Positions 18,046 through 27,089 of a DNA stretch of 64,000 bases are shown here, in pieces. Origin of the DNA: Gemmatimonas sp. (GTDB lineage Bacteria; Gemmatimonadota; Gemmatimonadetes; Gemmatimonadales; Gemmatimonadaceae). The stretch's first letter is position 1. Each line of letters begins with the position of its first letter. Location of the stretch: contig JANNVQ010000041.1 in NCBI GenBank assembly GCA_031414535.1, positions 1 through 64,000 on the forward strand. Direction: 5' to 3'. Both the position numbers and the translations under genes were made by a program. Under the pieces are notes generated by a model. The model was given only the letters and a program-made list of their open reading frames with translations. It did no database searches and was not told where the DNA came from.

Positions 18046-18072
18046 GCGATCGCGTGAGCGATCGCGTGAGCG
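18042..18072 (+). repeat. 12-bp tandem repeat at the PP2C/rsmA junction
   Basis: GTGAGCGATCGC x2 + GTGAGCG. Confidence 0.8.
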
Positions 18073-18869
18073 CAGGGGATCGCCTCCCGCGCCCCAAGAA
18101 GCGGCTAGGTCAGCACTTTCTCACAGATCCGCGACTGCTCGGCCGCATTGCCGACACGCTCGGCGCCACACGCGACGATACCGTGATTGAGATTGGTCCT
18201 GGGCGCGGTGCGCTCACGGAACAACTGCTCAAACGTGCGGGGCGGGTGATTGCCATCGAGCTGGACCGTGAACTCGCGCCGATGCTCGCCGAGCGCTGGA
18301 AGGATGAGCCGCGCTTTCAGTTGGTAGAGGGCGATGTGCTGGAGCAGGACTTGGGCGCGCTCGCTGGCGCCCCCTACCTGCTCGCCGGCAATGTGCCCTA
18401 CAACATCACGACGCCGATTCTTTTTCACGCCATGCGTAGGCCGCGGCCCGTGCGCGCGTGCTACTTGGTGCAGAAGGAAGTCGCGGACCGCATCGTGGCA
18501 GCGCCTGGCAGCGATGTCTACGGTGCGTTGAGCGTGAACGTGCAGGCATTGGCCGAGGCCAAGCTGCTGTTCAACGTGGGCGCGAAGTCCTTTACGCCAG
18601 CGCCCAAGGTTGAGAGCGCAGTTATTCGCATCGTGCCGCGAGTCGTACCGATGCTGAACGCGGACGAAGAAGAACCATTCCGTCTGCTCGTTCAGGGCAG
18701 CTTCAGTTTGCGCCGCAAGCAAATGCGGCGTGTGTTGCGCACCGTGAAGAGTTGGGACGCCGAGCGCGCTGATGTGGTGCTCGCCGCTGCGGGCATTGAT
18801 CCCGAGGCGAGGCCGGAGACTTTATCTCCGGCGGATTTTCTGCGGCTACTGCGGGCGATGCGTGACTAA
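18042..18869 (+). CDS. rsmA: 16S rRNA dimethyladenosine transferase RsmA (KsgA)
   Basis: KKRLGQHFL, EIGPGRGALT, NVPYNITTP, F.PAPKVES; start at one of three in-frame GTGs (18042/18054/18066). Confidence 0.96.
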   Translation: MSDRVSDRVSAGDRLPRPKKRLGQHFLTDPRLLGRIADTLGATRDDTVIEIGPGRGALTEQLLKRAGRVIAIELDRELAPMLAERWKDEPRFQLVEGDVLEQDLGALAGAPYLLAGNVPYNITTPILFHAMRRPRPVRACYLVQKEVADRIVAAPGSDVYGALSVNVQALAEAKLLFNVGAKSFTPAPKVESAVIRIVPRVVPMLNADEEEPFRLLVQGSFSLRRKQMRRVLRTVKSWDAERADVVLAAAGIDPEARPETLSPADFLRLLRAMRD

Positions 18870-18885
18870 GACTGAGGGCGAGTTA

Positions 18886-18945
18886 CTCACGTCCCCCTTC
18901 TCACGTCCCCCGTCTCAAGTCCCCCGTCTCAAGCCCCCCGCCTCA
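18886..18945 (-). repeat. 14-bp tandem repeat (about 4 copies) starting at the rex stop codon
   Basis: Minus strand TGAGGCGGGGGGCT TGAGACGGGGGACT TGAGACGGGGGACG TGAGAAGGGGGACG TGAG. Confidence 0.85.
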
Positions 18946-19578
18946 GCCACCGTGCGTGAGCGAGTAGGCCAAGATCTCGAGCTCCGTCGCCATATTCACG
19001 GCGCGCACGGTGACTCCGGCCGGCGCGTGCAAAGGCGCAGGGGCGAAGCTGAGCACGGCGTGCATACCGGCCGCGACCACGCGGTCTACGATGGGCTGCG
19101 CGGCCTCGGCGGGCACCGCGAGCACGGCGATGCGCGGCTTGTGCTTGGCGATGTCAGCCTCGAGCTCGCTCTCGTGCTTGACGATGACGCCGTCGAGCTT
19201 CGTGCCGACCTTGCTCGGATCAGCATCGTAGACGCCAACGACATGGAAGCCTCGGGTGGTGAAGCCCCGGTATTGTGCCAAGGCCACTCCGATTTTTCCC
19301 GCGCCAATGATGATGACGGGCCAGGGATGCTCGAGACCGAGAATCTCGCGAATGGAGGCGATGAGGTCTTTGACCCCGTACCCAAGGCCGCGCTTGCCGA
19401 AGGAGCCGAAGAACGAGAGGTCCTTGCGGACCTGCGCAGACGTCGTGCCACCGGAGCGGGCGAGTTCTCCAGAGGACACAGTAGACTGGCCGCGCGCCTC
19501 GAACTCCTCCAGAAAACGGAGGTAGAGGGAGAGGCGCCGGACAGTGGATTCCGCGATGTGCTTCGGAGGCGAGGTCAT
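18943..19578 (-). CDS. rex: Redox-sensing transcriptional repressor Rex
   Basis: TVRRLSLYLR, AQVRKDLSFFGSFGKRGLGY, GAGKIG; start reassigned to ATG 19578. Confidence 0.97.
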   Translation of the reverse strand: MTSPPKHIAESTVRRLSLYLRFLEEFEARGQSTVSSGELARSGGTTSAQVRKDLSFFGSFGKRGLGYGVKDLIASIREILGLEHPWPVIIIGAGKIGVALAQYRGFTTRGFHVVGVYDADPSKVGTKLDGVIVKHESELEADIAKHKPRIAVLAVPAEAAQPIVDRVVAAGMHAVLSFAPAPLHAPAGVTVRAVNMATELEILAYSLTHGG

Positions 19579-19583
19579 GATGT

Positions 19584-19601
19584 TTGTGAAATCTTTCACA
19601 A
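19584..19601. promoter_or_regulatory. Rex operator (ROP)
   Basis: Perfect TTGTGAA-atct-TTCACAA palindrome 5 nt upstream of the rex start. Confidence 0.92.
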
Positions 19602-19783
19602 TGTAGTATCAGCGTCTGTCCGGCTCAATAGGGGCGGCTTGCATCGCGGGTGGGCGCGGCCGCGGGACCTGTGACCGTCGCCCAGGCGCGCCCTCGCGCC
19701 AGGCGCACACGTGGGCACGGAACCTGTTGGATCGTCCGGCCGTAGTTGCCGCAATGCTGGAATCCTTCTCACTCGGAGATTTC

Positions 19784-20353
19784 GTGACACGTTCCTCCCT
19801 CTCTCGCCCCGCTTTCGCTGCGATCGCGGCCTTTACCGTACTGACCGTGGCGACGCGTTCCCTCGCGGCCCAGGGAGCGCCTCCCGCGCAGCCCTCCGCG
19901 CCACCAACCGCGCCACCAACCGCGCCAATAACTACGCCACCTACGGCCGGTGCCGCCGCCGCTGCACCGGTTGCTCCCGCTGCTCCGGTCTATCTCGCTT
20001 CGCACGCGGAGGCTGTGGCGGTAGGCCGCGCGACGGTGCAGGCCGCGCTCACGGGTCTCGTGGATTCACTGGTGGCCACGGCCGATCCGGCGAATGGCGC
20101 AGCAGCTGACGTCCGCACGAGAGTGACCGATGGCCTCGCACAGATTTCCTCGCAGCTTGGGGCGGAGCGTCGCATGGTGGCCGAGCGCGTGATGCTGGTG
20201 GACGGAAAGATTGAGTACTGGCGCACCTCCGAGTACGAACGGGTGCCCGTGCCCCTCGTGCTGCGCGTGACGCTGGGCGTGAAGGGCACCTGGCGTGGCG
20301 TGGCCGCGACCACGGAAGACGAGACGCCGGCCGGCGAGGAAGTGAAGCCGTAG
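19784..20353 (+). CDS. Hypothetical secreted protein with Pro/Ala/Thr-rich linker
   Basis: GGAG SD plus GTG; hydrophobic signal ending SLAA-Q; PPTA repeats encoded by a 12-bp repeat. Confidence 0.7.
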   Translation: MTRSSLSRPAFAAIAAFTVLTVATRSLAAQGAPPAQPSAPPTAPPTAPITTPPTAGAAAAAPVAPAAPVYLASHAEAVAVGRATVQAALTGLVDSLVATADPANGAAADVRTRVTDGLAQISSQLGAERRMVAERVMLVDGKIEYWRTSEYERVPVPLVLRVTLGVKGTWRGVAATTEDETPAGEEVKP

Positions 20354-20380
20354 TGCGTTAGGTCCCCGCTACATTTCGGG

Positions 20381-21019
20381 ATGGAACTGCACACCCTCCC
20401 GTACGTCGTCGTGGATGTTGAGACCACTGGGGGGCAGGCTTGGGGCGTTGATCGAGTGACCGAGGTGGCCGCCGTGCACGTGGACGGTGCGGCGATCTCG
20501 GTCGCTTTTCATTCCCTGCTGAATCCGGGTCGGCCGATACCCTGGCACATTACGCGACTCACGGGAATTGACGACGCGATGGTGCGTGAGGCGCCGCGCT
20601 TTGAGGACATCGCGGGGGAATTGGCCGCGCACTTGGTGGGGCGGGTGTTCGTGGCGCACAACGCGTCCTTCGACTTCGGGTTTTTGGACGCCGAGTTCTC
20701 GCGTGTGGCGCCGACCTCGCTGGGCTCGCTGCTGATGGGCCAGCTCTGCACCGTGCGTCTATCTCGGAAGCTGTTGAGCCATCTGCCGCGGCGGAATTTG
20801 GATGCGGTGAGCGCGCATTACGGCGTCTCCATCACCGACCGTCACCGGGCGAGTGGTGATGCTTTGGCTACGGCGGAGGTTCTGCGGGGCTTGTTGCGCG
20901 ATGCCTCGCACCGAGGCGTGCACACCTGGGAAGATCTGGACGTTCTGCTCGGCAAGCGAACGGGGCGGGCGAAGCGTACGGCGATGCCCAAGTCGAGTGA
21001 GGGGGCTGAGGGGGTGTGA
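20381..21019 (+). CDS. DEDDh 3'-5' exonuclease (DnaQ/Pol III epsilon-like)
   Basis: VVDVETTG, VAHNASFD, HRASGDA. Confidence 0.92.
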   Translation: MELHTLPYVVVDVETTGGQAWGVDRVTEVAAVHVDGAAISVAFHSLLNPGRPIPWHITRLTGIDDAMVREAPRFEDIAGELAAHLVGRVFVAHNASFDFGFLDAEFSRVAPTSLGSLLMGQLCTVRLSRKLLSHLPRRNLDAVSAHYGVSITDRHRASGDALATAEVLRGLLRDASHRGVHTWEDLDVLLGKRTGRAKRTAMPKSSEGAEGV

Positions 21020-21024
21020 GTACG

Positions 21025-21083
21025 GGACGGGTGACGGATGATGGATGATGGATGATGGATGATGGATGACGGATGACGGATGC
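21025..21083 (+). repeat. Heptamer element, longest copy (8 units + TGC)
   Basis: GGACGGG TGACGGA (TGATGGA)4 (TGACGGA)2 TGC, starting 5 nt after the stop. Confidence 0.95.
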
Positions 21084-21107
21084 GAAGACGTGCATCATAT
21101 TCCGGCC

Positions 21108-21989
21108 ATGACTGCTCCGACTCCGCTTCATCAGTCGCGCCAGCTTGGCGCCCTTCGCATTCACGCTCTGCAGGCCGGCGGGCAGCAGCTCGACGGCGGC
21201 GCCATGTTCGGCGTGGTGCCCAAGACCCTGTGGGAGAAGCGTATTCCCGCGGACGAGCGCAATCGCATTCCCATGGGGATGCGTTGCCTCCTCATTGAGC
21301 ACCCTGATGGGCTGGTGCTTATTGACAGTGGGGTGGGGAACAAGGAAGACGCGAAGTTCCTTGGGATTTATGGCGTCGAGGCGAGCGTGCCAGGGCATCG
21401 TTCGATGCTTGAGGCCGCCCTGGCGGCGGCGGGGTTTCGCGCCGACGACGTAAAGGTTGTGATCAACACGCACCTGCACTTTGATCACGCCGGTGGCAAC
21501 ACCTCGGTGACGGATTCGGGTGAGGTTGTCCCGACATTCGTGAACGCGCGTTACCTCGCGCACGCAGGGGAGATGCACTACGCCACGCACACCAACGAGC
21601 GCACGGCGGCGAGCTACTTCCCTCGCAATTGGGATTTACTCAAGTCCACGGGTCAACTGGAGCTGGTGCAGCACGATGTTGAGCTGCTGCCGGGGATTCG
21701 GATGCGGCACACGCCGGGACATACGCCGTTTCACCAAAGCATTGTGATCGAGAGCGCGGGCGAGACCGCCGTGTTCTTGGGCGACCTGTGCCCGACAGCG
21801 CATCACATACCGCTGGCTTGGATCATGGGCTACGACGTGGAGCCCCTCGTGACTCTGGAATCCAAGCGGGCGATGTGGAAGGATGTGGTGGACGGCAACT
21901 GGATGGTGATTTTTGAGCACGATGCGGTTGAGGCTTGGGGCCGGGTGCGGTTGGGATCCAAGGGATATGAGTTCGCACAGGACGGATGA
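21108..21989 (+). CDS. Metallo-beta-lactamase-fold hydrolase (YtnP-like)
   Basis: LDGGAMFGVVPK.LW, THLHFDHAGG, GHT, MGYD, FEHD. Confidence 0.9.
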   Translation: MTAPTPLHQSRQLGALRIHALQAGGQQLDGGAMFGVVPKTLWEKRIPADERNRIPMGMRCLLIEHPDGLVLIDSGVGNKEDAKFLGIYGVEASVPGHRSMLEAALAAAGFRADDVKVVINTHLHFDHAGGNTSVTDSGEVVPTFVNARYLAHAGEMHYATHTNERTAASYFPRNWDLLKSTGQLELVQHDVELLPGIRMRHTPGHTPFHQSIVIESAGETAVFLGDLCPTAHHIPLAWIMGYDVEPLVTLESKRAMWKDVVDGNWMVIFEHDAVEAWGRVRLGSKGYEFAQDG

Positions 21990-22065
21990 CGGATGACGGA
22001 TGACGGATGACGGAGGCTACGGGGCCTTCGCGACGCCTCTCGCATCCGTCATCCGTCTTCCGTCC
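21980..22065. repeat. Inverted pair of heptamer elements forming a long hairpin
   Basis: GGACGGA(TGACGGA)4 at 21980-22014 and GCATCCGTCATCCGTCTTCCGTCC at 22042-22065. Confidence 0.9.
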
Positions 22066-22074
22066 AGTTGCCGC

Positions 22075-22103
22075 TTGACCTAACCCCCACCCAGCACTAG
22101 CTT
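22075..22103 (+). promoter_or_regulatory. Sigma70-type promoter of the infC operon
   Basis: TTGACC-17 nt-TAGCTT. Confidence 0.7.
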
Positions 22104-22109
22104 TAGCGA

Positions 22110-22270
22110 TAATTCAGCCAAGTACACGAACGGGCGTTCGTGTCACCCTCTGGCCTCTCTCCTCGTGAGAGTAGTGCTGCAGGAGTCCAGAACAAGCCAC
22201 TCCGCTCGAGGAAACTCGTGCGGAGTCGTGTGTTTACGCGGACTCCGAATGCGGGGTTCGCGTTTTTTGT
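22110..22270 (+). promoter_or_regulatory. Structured leader/attenuator upstream of infC (L20-leader-like)
   Basis: AAGTA-stem-TCACC motif, GAAA-capped hairpin, intrinsic terminator 22236-22268 before the infC SD, alternative pairing available. Confidence 0.6.
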
Positions 22271-22294
22271 TTTCCCTTCGTCAGGAGCCGTCGT

Positions 22295-22819
22295 ATCCAG
22301 GAACCCGCCGCTAAGCCGAGAGGCCCCCGTATCAATCGTCAGATCCGTATTTCGCCGGTGCGTGTTATCGGGGCGGACGGAGCGCAGTTGGGGGTTCTGG
22401 AAGTGGATGTCGCGTTGAAGATGGCCGATGAGGCCGGACTCGACCTGGTAGAAGTCGCCGCAGCCGCTCGTCCACCGGTAGTCCGCATCATGGACTACGG
22501 GAAGTACAAGTTCGAGATGGCCAAGCAGGCACGACAGGCGAAGAAGAAGCAGCACGTGATCCAGCTGAAAGAAGTGAAGTACCGTCCCGGCATTGAGAAG
22601 CACGACTTCGACACGAAGACCAATCACGCACGGTCCTTCATCGGAGACGGCAACAAGGTGAAGGTGACGTTGATGTTCCGCGGTCGGCAGATCGCGCATC
22701 CTGAACTCGGCATGGCAGTCGTCGAGCGGGTGGCGCAGGCCTTGGCAGATGTGGCCAAGGTGGAAACCCCGGCCAAGCTCGAAGGCAAGGCACTTACCAT
22801 GATCCTCACACCGAAGTGA
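22295..22819 (+). CDS. infC: Translation initiation factor IF-3 (ATC start)
   Basis: The conserved RIN.QIR...VRVI lies upstream of the ORF-track start; in-frame ATC 7 nt after [21 protein letters not shown]. Confidence 0.95.
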   Translation: MQEPAAKPRGPRINRQIRISPVRVIGADGAQLGVLEVDVALKMADEAGLDLVEVAAAARPPVVRIMDYGKYKFEMAKQARQAKKKQHVIQLKEVKYRPGIEKHDFDTKTNHARSFIGDGNKVKVTLMFRGRQIAHPELGMAVVERVAQALADVAKVETPAKLEGKALTMILTPK

Positions 22820-22832
22820 GAAGGGCGAACGA

Positions 22833-23030
22833 ATGCCAAAGATGAAGACCCATAAGGGCGCAAAGAAGCGCTTCTCCGTAACGGCGAAGGGCAAGGTGCG
22901 CCGTCTCAAGGCTTACAAGAGCCACATCCTCACCAAGAAGACGTCGAAGCGGAAGCGCAACCTGCGCCGTCCGACGATTGTCGCTACGAACGGCGAGGCG
23001 AAGAATCTCAAGCGCCTGCTACAGGCCTAA
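22833..23030 (+). CDS. rpmI: 50S ribosomal protein L35
   Basis: [20 protein letters not shown]. Confidence 0.98.
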   Translation: MPKMKTHKGAKKRFSVTAKGKVRRLKAYKSHILTKKTSKRKRNLRRPTIVATNGEAKNLKRLLQA

Positions 23031-23042
23031 GGAGACCTTACC

Positions 23043-23405
23043 ATGCCACGCGTTAAGTCCAATGTGGTGCGCCTCAAGCGCAAAAAGCAGATTCTCAAGC
23101 ACGCCAAGGGCGCCTTTGGTGGCCGTTCCAAGCTCTGGAAGGCTGCGAAGGAAACCGTCGAAAAGGGCTGGGTCTACGCCTATCGGGACCGTAAGGCCAA
23201 GAAGCGCGATTTCCGTAAGCTGTGGATTATGCGTATCAACGCGGCCGCGCGCTTGAATGGCATGACCTACTCCACGTTCATCAGCGGCATCCAGGCGGCC
23301 GGTGTGGAAGTGGATCGGAAGATTATGGCTGATCTGGCGGTGCGAGATGCGGCGGCGTTCACGGAGCTCGCGGATCGTGCAAAGGCTGCTTTGACCGCGA
23401 AGTAA
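23043..23405 (+). CDS. rplT: 50S ribosomal protein L20
   Basis: [29 protein letters not shown]. Confidence 0.98.
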   Translation: MPRVKSNVVRLKRKKQILKHAKGAFGGRSKLWKAAKETVEKGWVYAYRDRKAKKRDFRKLWIMRINAAARLNGMTYSTFISGIQAAGVEVDRKIMADLAVRDAAAFTELADRAKAALTAK

Positions 23406-23407
23406 CT

Positions 23408-23431
23408 GGACGGAAGACGGATGACGGATGC
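23408..23431 (+). repeat. Heptamer element copy
   Basis: GGACGGA AGACGGA TGACGGA TGC, directly after the rplT stop. Confidence 0.9.
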
Positions 23432-23468
23432 GGGGGGCAGCCAGCAGTGGTTGCCCCCCGCAACTTTT
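23429..23468 (+). terminator. Intrinsic terminator after rplT
   Basis: TGCGGGGGGCAGCCA-gcag-TGGTTGCCCCCCGCA followed by ACTTTT. Confidence 0.75.
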
Positions 23469-23522
23469 CCCCCTCAGTCAGACGTCGCTCCGCTCGCGCC
23501 TGACCGTTAGTTTTGGCTTGTA

Positions 23523-23546
23523 GCATCCGTCATCCGTCATCCGTCC
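23523..23546 (-). repeat. Heptamer element copy (reverse)
   Basis: GCATCCGTCATCCGTCATCCGTCC, ending 5 nt before the pheS ATG; identical to 12069-12092. Confidence 0.9.
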
Positions 23547-23551
23547 CCTGC

Positions 23552-24586
23552 ATGAACCTCTCGGAATTCTTCGAACGACTCAGCGCCCTCGAAGCCGATG
23601 CGCCTGGCCGAATCGCCGGCGCTGCTTCCAGCGACGCTCTGACCGACGTCCGTAACTCGTTAGTTGGCCGCCAAGCCGGCGCCTTCACCGAGATTATGAA
23701 CGCGCTCGGTGCGTTACCCAAAGAAGACCGCCGCGAAGCGGGTGCTAAGGCCAATGCGCTGAAGGTCACGCTTGAGGAATCGCTCGACGTGCGGCGGGCG
23801 CAGCTGGCAGCTCTGGCTACAGCCTCGGGGCCGAAGCTCGATTCGACCATGCCGCCACGCGCGCACTGGCAGGGTACCGTGCACCCGGTGTCCCTGGTGA
23901 TTGACGAGGTGGTGGAGATCTTCCGCGAGTTGGGCTTCAGCATCGCGCTCGGGCCAGAAGCCGAGCACTCGTGGTACAACTTTGGCGCGCTGAACTTCCC
24001 GGCAGATCATCCGGCGATGGATATGCACGACACGCTGTACCTGGGCAGCGAGCAGGTCCTGCGCACGCACACCTCGCCGGTGCAGGTGCGCACCATGCAA
24101 CAGTACCCGCCACCAATTCGCATCCTCGCACCAGGCAACGTCTACCGCCGCGATTTCTTTGATCCTTCGCACGCGCCAATGTTTGCCCAAATCGAAGGTC
24201 TCGTCGTGGACGAGGGCGTGAGCTTCGCGGATCTCAAGGCGACGCTTTCGCACTTCGCGCGCCGCTACTTCGGCGCCAGCACGAAGACGCGCTTCCGTCC
24301 GAGCTTCTTTCCGTTCACCGAGCCTAGCGCCGAGATGGATGTCCAGTGCGGCGTCTGTGGCGGCGATGGCTGCGGCGTATGCAAGCAGAGCGGCTGGGTC
24401 GAGATCCTCGGCTCGGGCATGGTGCATCCCGCGGTGCTCGAGGCCGCTGGCCTCGACAGCGAGAAGTACACGGGCTGGGCCTTTGGCATGGGACCGGCGC
24501 GCACCGCCATCTCGCGCCACGGCATTCCCGATATCCGCATCCTCTACGATTCTGACGTGCGCTTTTTGGAGCAGTTCGGCAAGTGA
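23552..24586 (+). CDS. pheS: Phenylalanyl-tRNA synthetase alpha subunit
   Basis: LRTHTSPVQ, FRPSFFPFTEPS, GWAFGMG; start ATG 23552. Confidence 0.98.
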   Translation: MNLSEFFERLSALEADAPGRIAGAASSDALTDVRNSLVGRQAGAFTEIMNALGALPKEDRREAGAKANALKVTLEESLDVRRAQLAALATASGPKLDSTMPPRAHWQGTVHPVSLVIDEVVEIFRELGFSIALGPEAEHSWYNFGALNFPADHPAMDMHDTLYLGSEQVLRTHTSPVQVRTMQQYPPPIRILAPGNVYRRDFFDPSHAPMFAQIEGLVVDEGVSFADLKATLSHFARRYFGASTKTRFRPSFFPFTEPSAEMDVQCGVCGGDGCGVCKQSGWVEILGSGMVHPAVLEAAGLDSEKYTGWAFGMGPARTAISRHGIPDIRILYDSDVRFLEQFGK

Positions 24587-24620
24587 TGACCCCACAGGCA
24601 ACTCGCGCGGGAACGCGCCG

Positions 24621-27089
24621 ATGAATCTCTCGCACGAATGGCTGTCGCGCTTTGTCCCGCACGGGAAGAGCGCCGAACAGATTCGCGACCTGCTCACCGC
24701 GCACGTGGCCACGGTGGAAGGCTTCGAGGCACTGCGCGCTGACCTCGTGCCGATTGTCGTGGCGCAGGTGGTGGAAAGCGAGAAGATTCCCGACACGCGG
24801 CTCTCGTTCAACAAGGTGGACGATGGCTCCGGCGAGCTTCTCGAAGTCGTCTGCGGCGCGCCCAATGTGGCCGTGGGTGCGAAATATCCGTTCGCGCGCA
24901 GCGGCACGACGATTCCCACTGGCCTCAAGATTGAGAAGCGCAAGATTCGCGGCTTCACGTCCAATGGCATGCTGTGCTCGGCGAACGAACTCAAGCTTGG
25001 CAGCGATCACGATGGCATTTACACGCTGAGCACGGACGCCGCGCCGGGCACGCCACTCCTCAAGGTGCTGCCGCTCGGGGATGTGCGCTTCGTGCTCGAC
25101 GTGCTGCCGAACCGTCCGGATCTGCTGTCGCACATCGGTGTGGCGCGTGAACTCTCGGCGCTCACGGGCGTGAAGCTTGCGGGTCCCAAGGAACTCGCGG
25201 ACTTGCCCGAGGTGCCGTTGACGTTTGCGCAGGGCGCGCAAGAAGCGTCTGCCGCTGGCATCAAGGTGCGCATAGAGGATTCGCTCGATTGCGGGCGCTA
25301 CACGGCGGCGGTCATTAGCGGTGTGACCGTATGCCCGAGCCCCGTCTGGTTGCGCGAGGCCGTGGAGTCGGTGGGCGGACGTTCCATCAACAATGTGGTG
25401 GACGCCACCAACTACATGTTGCACGGTTTTGGCCAGCCCATGCACGCCTTCGATAAGGTGGCGCTGAAGGGGCAGGGCATCGTGGTCCGGCGTGCGAAGG
25501 CTGGCGAGACGCTGGTCACGCTGGACGGCGTGGAGCGAAAGCTCGATCCCGAGATGCTGGTCATCGCGGACAGTGAACACGCGACGGCGATCGCCGGCGT
25601 GATGGGCGGGCGCGCGAGTGAAGTGACCGAGAAGACCACGGACATCGTGCTTGAAGTCGCGACATTCAACGCGCAGCGCGTGCGGACTACACGACGCAAG
25701 GCCGGACTCTCCACCGATGCAAGCTACCGCTTCGAGCGCGGCATTGACGATGCGATGGTCACGCAGTCCTTGGCCCTTGGGGCAGCGCTGCTCGCGAGCG
25801 TGAGCGGTGGTCACGTGGACGCGTTTATTGACGTCGGTCGCGCGCCTGAACCCAAGAAGCCCGTGCACCTGAAGGTCGCGCGCGTGGCCAAGGTGCTCGG
25901 CGATACCATTCCTCGCGACGAGTGCGCGTCCATCCTCGCGGGCATTGGTTTTGAGATTGTCGTGGATGGCGACGCGCTGAAGGTGACGCCGCCGAGCTGG
26001 CGCCATGACGTGCATCGCGACGTTGATCTCATCGAGGAGATTGCGCGCCTGCGGGGCTTTGATCGTCTTCCCGATGCCTTGCAGGGGCATCGTCCGGGTA
26101 CGGTGTCGGATCATCCGCTGTGGACGGCGTACCAGCGCGTGCGCGACGCAATGGTGGCGACGGGACTGCACGAGGTGCGTCCGCTGCCGTTCACCTCTGG
26201 GCGCGGCGGCGGTGCGGCGACGGTAAACCTCGTGCGGGTGCAGAATCCCCTGGCCGAAGACGAGCCATTTCTGCGCGCCTCGATTCTCGACACGCTCTCG
26301 CGTCGCGCCGAATACAACTTGAACCGCATGCAGGGCAATGTACGGATGTTCGAGGTTGGCTCGGTGTTCACCGCGCGCGCGGGTGGTACGCCCACTGAAG
26401 AAGTGCGCGCGGCGCTACTCGTGATGGGTCAGCGCCGGCCGCCGCACTTCACGGAGTCGTCACCCCCGGTGTTTGATGCCTGGGACGCGAAGGCCTTGGG
26501 ACATCGTCTCGCCGAGGTGGCGTATCCGGGCGTCGCTATTCATCTCGAGCCGGCAACCGAGCCCGAGTTGTGGCACATCCTTGCTGGGGCGGCGAAGGTG
26601 GGGCGGATTGTGCGCGTGTCGCTCGATGCGCCGGTGTGGGCGAGTGCGGTGTTTGGTGTGGAACTGGTGCTCGGTGAAATGCCGAGCGCGGCGATTGCGC
26701 CGAAAGGTCAGCACGCGCACGGGAACAAGCGGCGCACGAGTGGCGTGGCTCCCGGCGTGAACGGGGAGCGTGCGGAACCAACGCGCTATGTAGCGCTCCC
26801 CACGCAGCCCGCTGCCGAGTTTGACCTAGCGCTCCTCGTGCCCGACACGGTGCCAGCGGGCGACGTGGAGAAGTTGCTGCGCACGACGAGCGGCGAGATG
26901 TTGGAGCGTTGTGAACTGTTTGACGAATTTCGTGGTAAGGGTGTGCCCGAGGGCACGCGCTCGTTGGCCTGGCGCTTGACCTTTCGTCACGCGGAGCGCA
27001 CGCTCCGTGACAAGGAACTGGAAGGGCGTCGCAACCTACTTCTCAAAGCTTTGGAGAGTCAGCTCGGTGTCAAACCGCGTGCGTCTTGA
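24621..27089 (+). CDS. pheT: Phenylalanyl-tRNA synthetase beta subunit
   Basis: VVCGAPN, S.GMLCS..EL, PNRPD.LS, INNVVD.TNY, GQPMHAFD, RFERG, DLIEEIAR; start ATG 24621. Confidence 0.97.
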   Translation: MNLSHEWLSRFVPHGKSAEQIRDLLTAHVATVEGFEALRADLVPIVVAQVVESEKIPDTRLSFNKVDDGSGELLEVVCGAPNVAVGAKYPFARSGTTIPTGLKIEKRKIRGFTSNGMLCSANELKLGSDHDGIYTLSTDAAPGTPLLKVLPLGDVRFVLDVLPNRPDLLSHIGVARELSALTGVKLAGPKELADLPEVPLTFAQGAQEASAAGIKVRIEDSLDCGRYTAAVISGVTVCPSPVWLREAVESVGGRSINNVVDATNYMLHGFGQPMHAFDKVALKGQGIVVRRAKAGETLVTLDGVERKLDPEMLVIADSEHATAIAGVMGGRASEVTEKTTDIVLEVATFNAQRVRTTRRKAGLSTDASYRFERGIDDAMVTQSLALGAALLASVSGGHVDAFIDVGRAPEPKKPVHLKVARVAKVLGDTIPRDECASILAGIGFEIVVDGDALKVTPPSWRHDVHRDVDLIEEIARLRGFDRLPDALQGHRPGTVSDHPLWTAYQRVRDAMVATGLHEVRPLPFTSGRGGGAATVNLVRVQNPLAEDEPFLRASILDTLSRRAEYNLNRMQGNVRMFEVGSVFTARAGGTPTEEVRAALLVMGQRRPPHFTESSPPVFDAWDAKALGHRLAEVAYPGVAIHLEPATEPELWHILAGAAKVGRIVRVSLDAPVWASAVFGVELVLGEMPSAAIAPKGQHAHGNKRRTSGVAPGVNGERAEPTRYVALPTQPAAEFDLALLVPDTVPAGDVEKLLRTTSGEMLERCELFDEFRGKGVPEGTRSLAWRLTFRHAERTLRDKELEGRRNLLLKALESQLGVKPRAS

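Noticed and set aside
19895..19945. 12-bp repeat CCGCGCCACCAA
   Set aside because: It simply encodes a Pro/Thr/Ala linker in a secreted protein.
21025..21083. Repeat arrays as CRISPR
   Set aside because: Units are 7-16 bp and contiguous, with no unique spacers and no cas genes.
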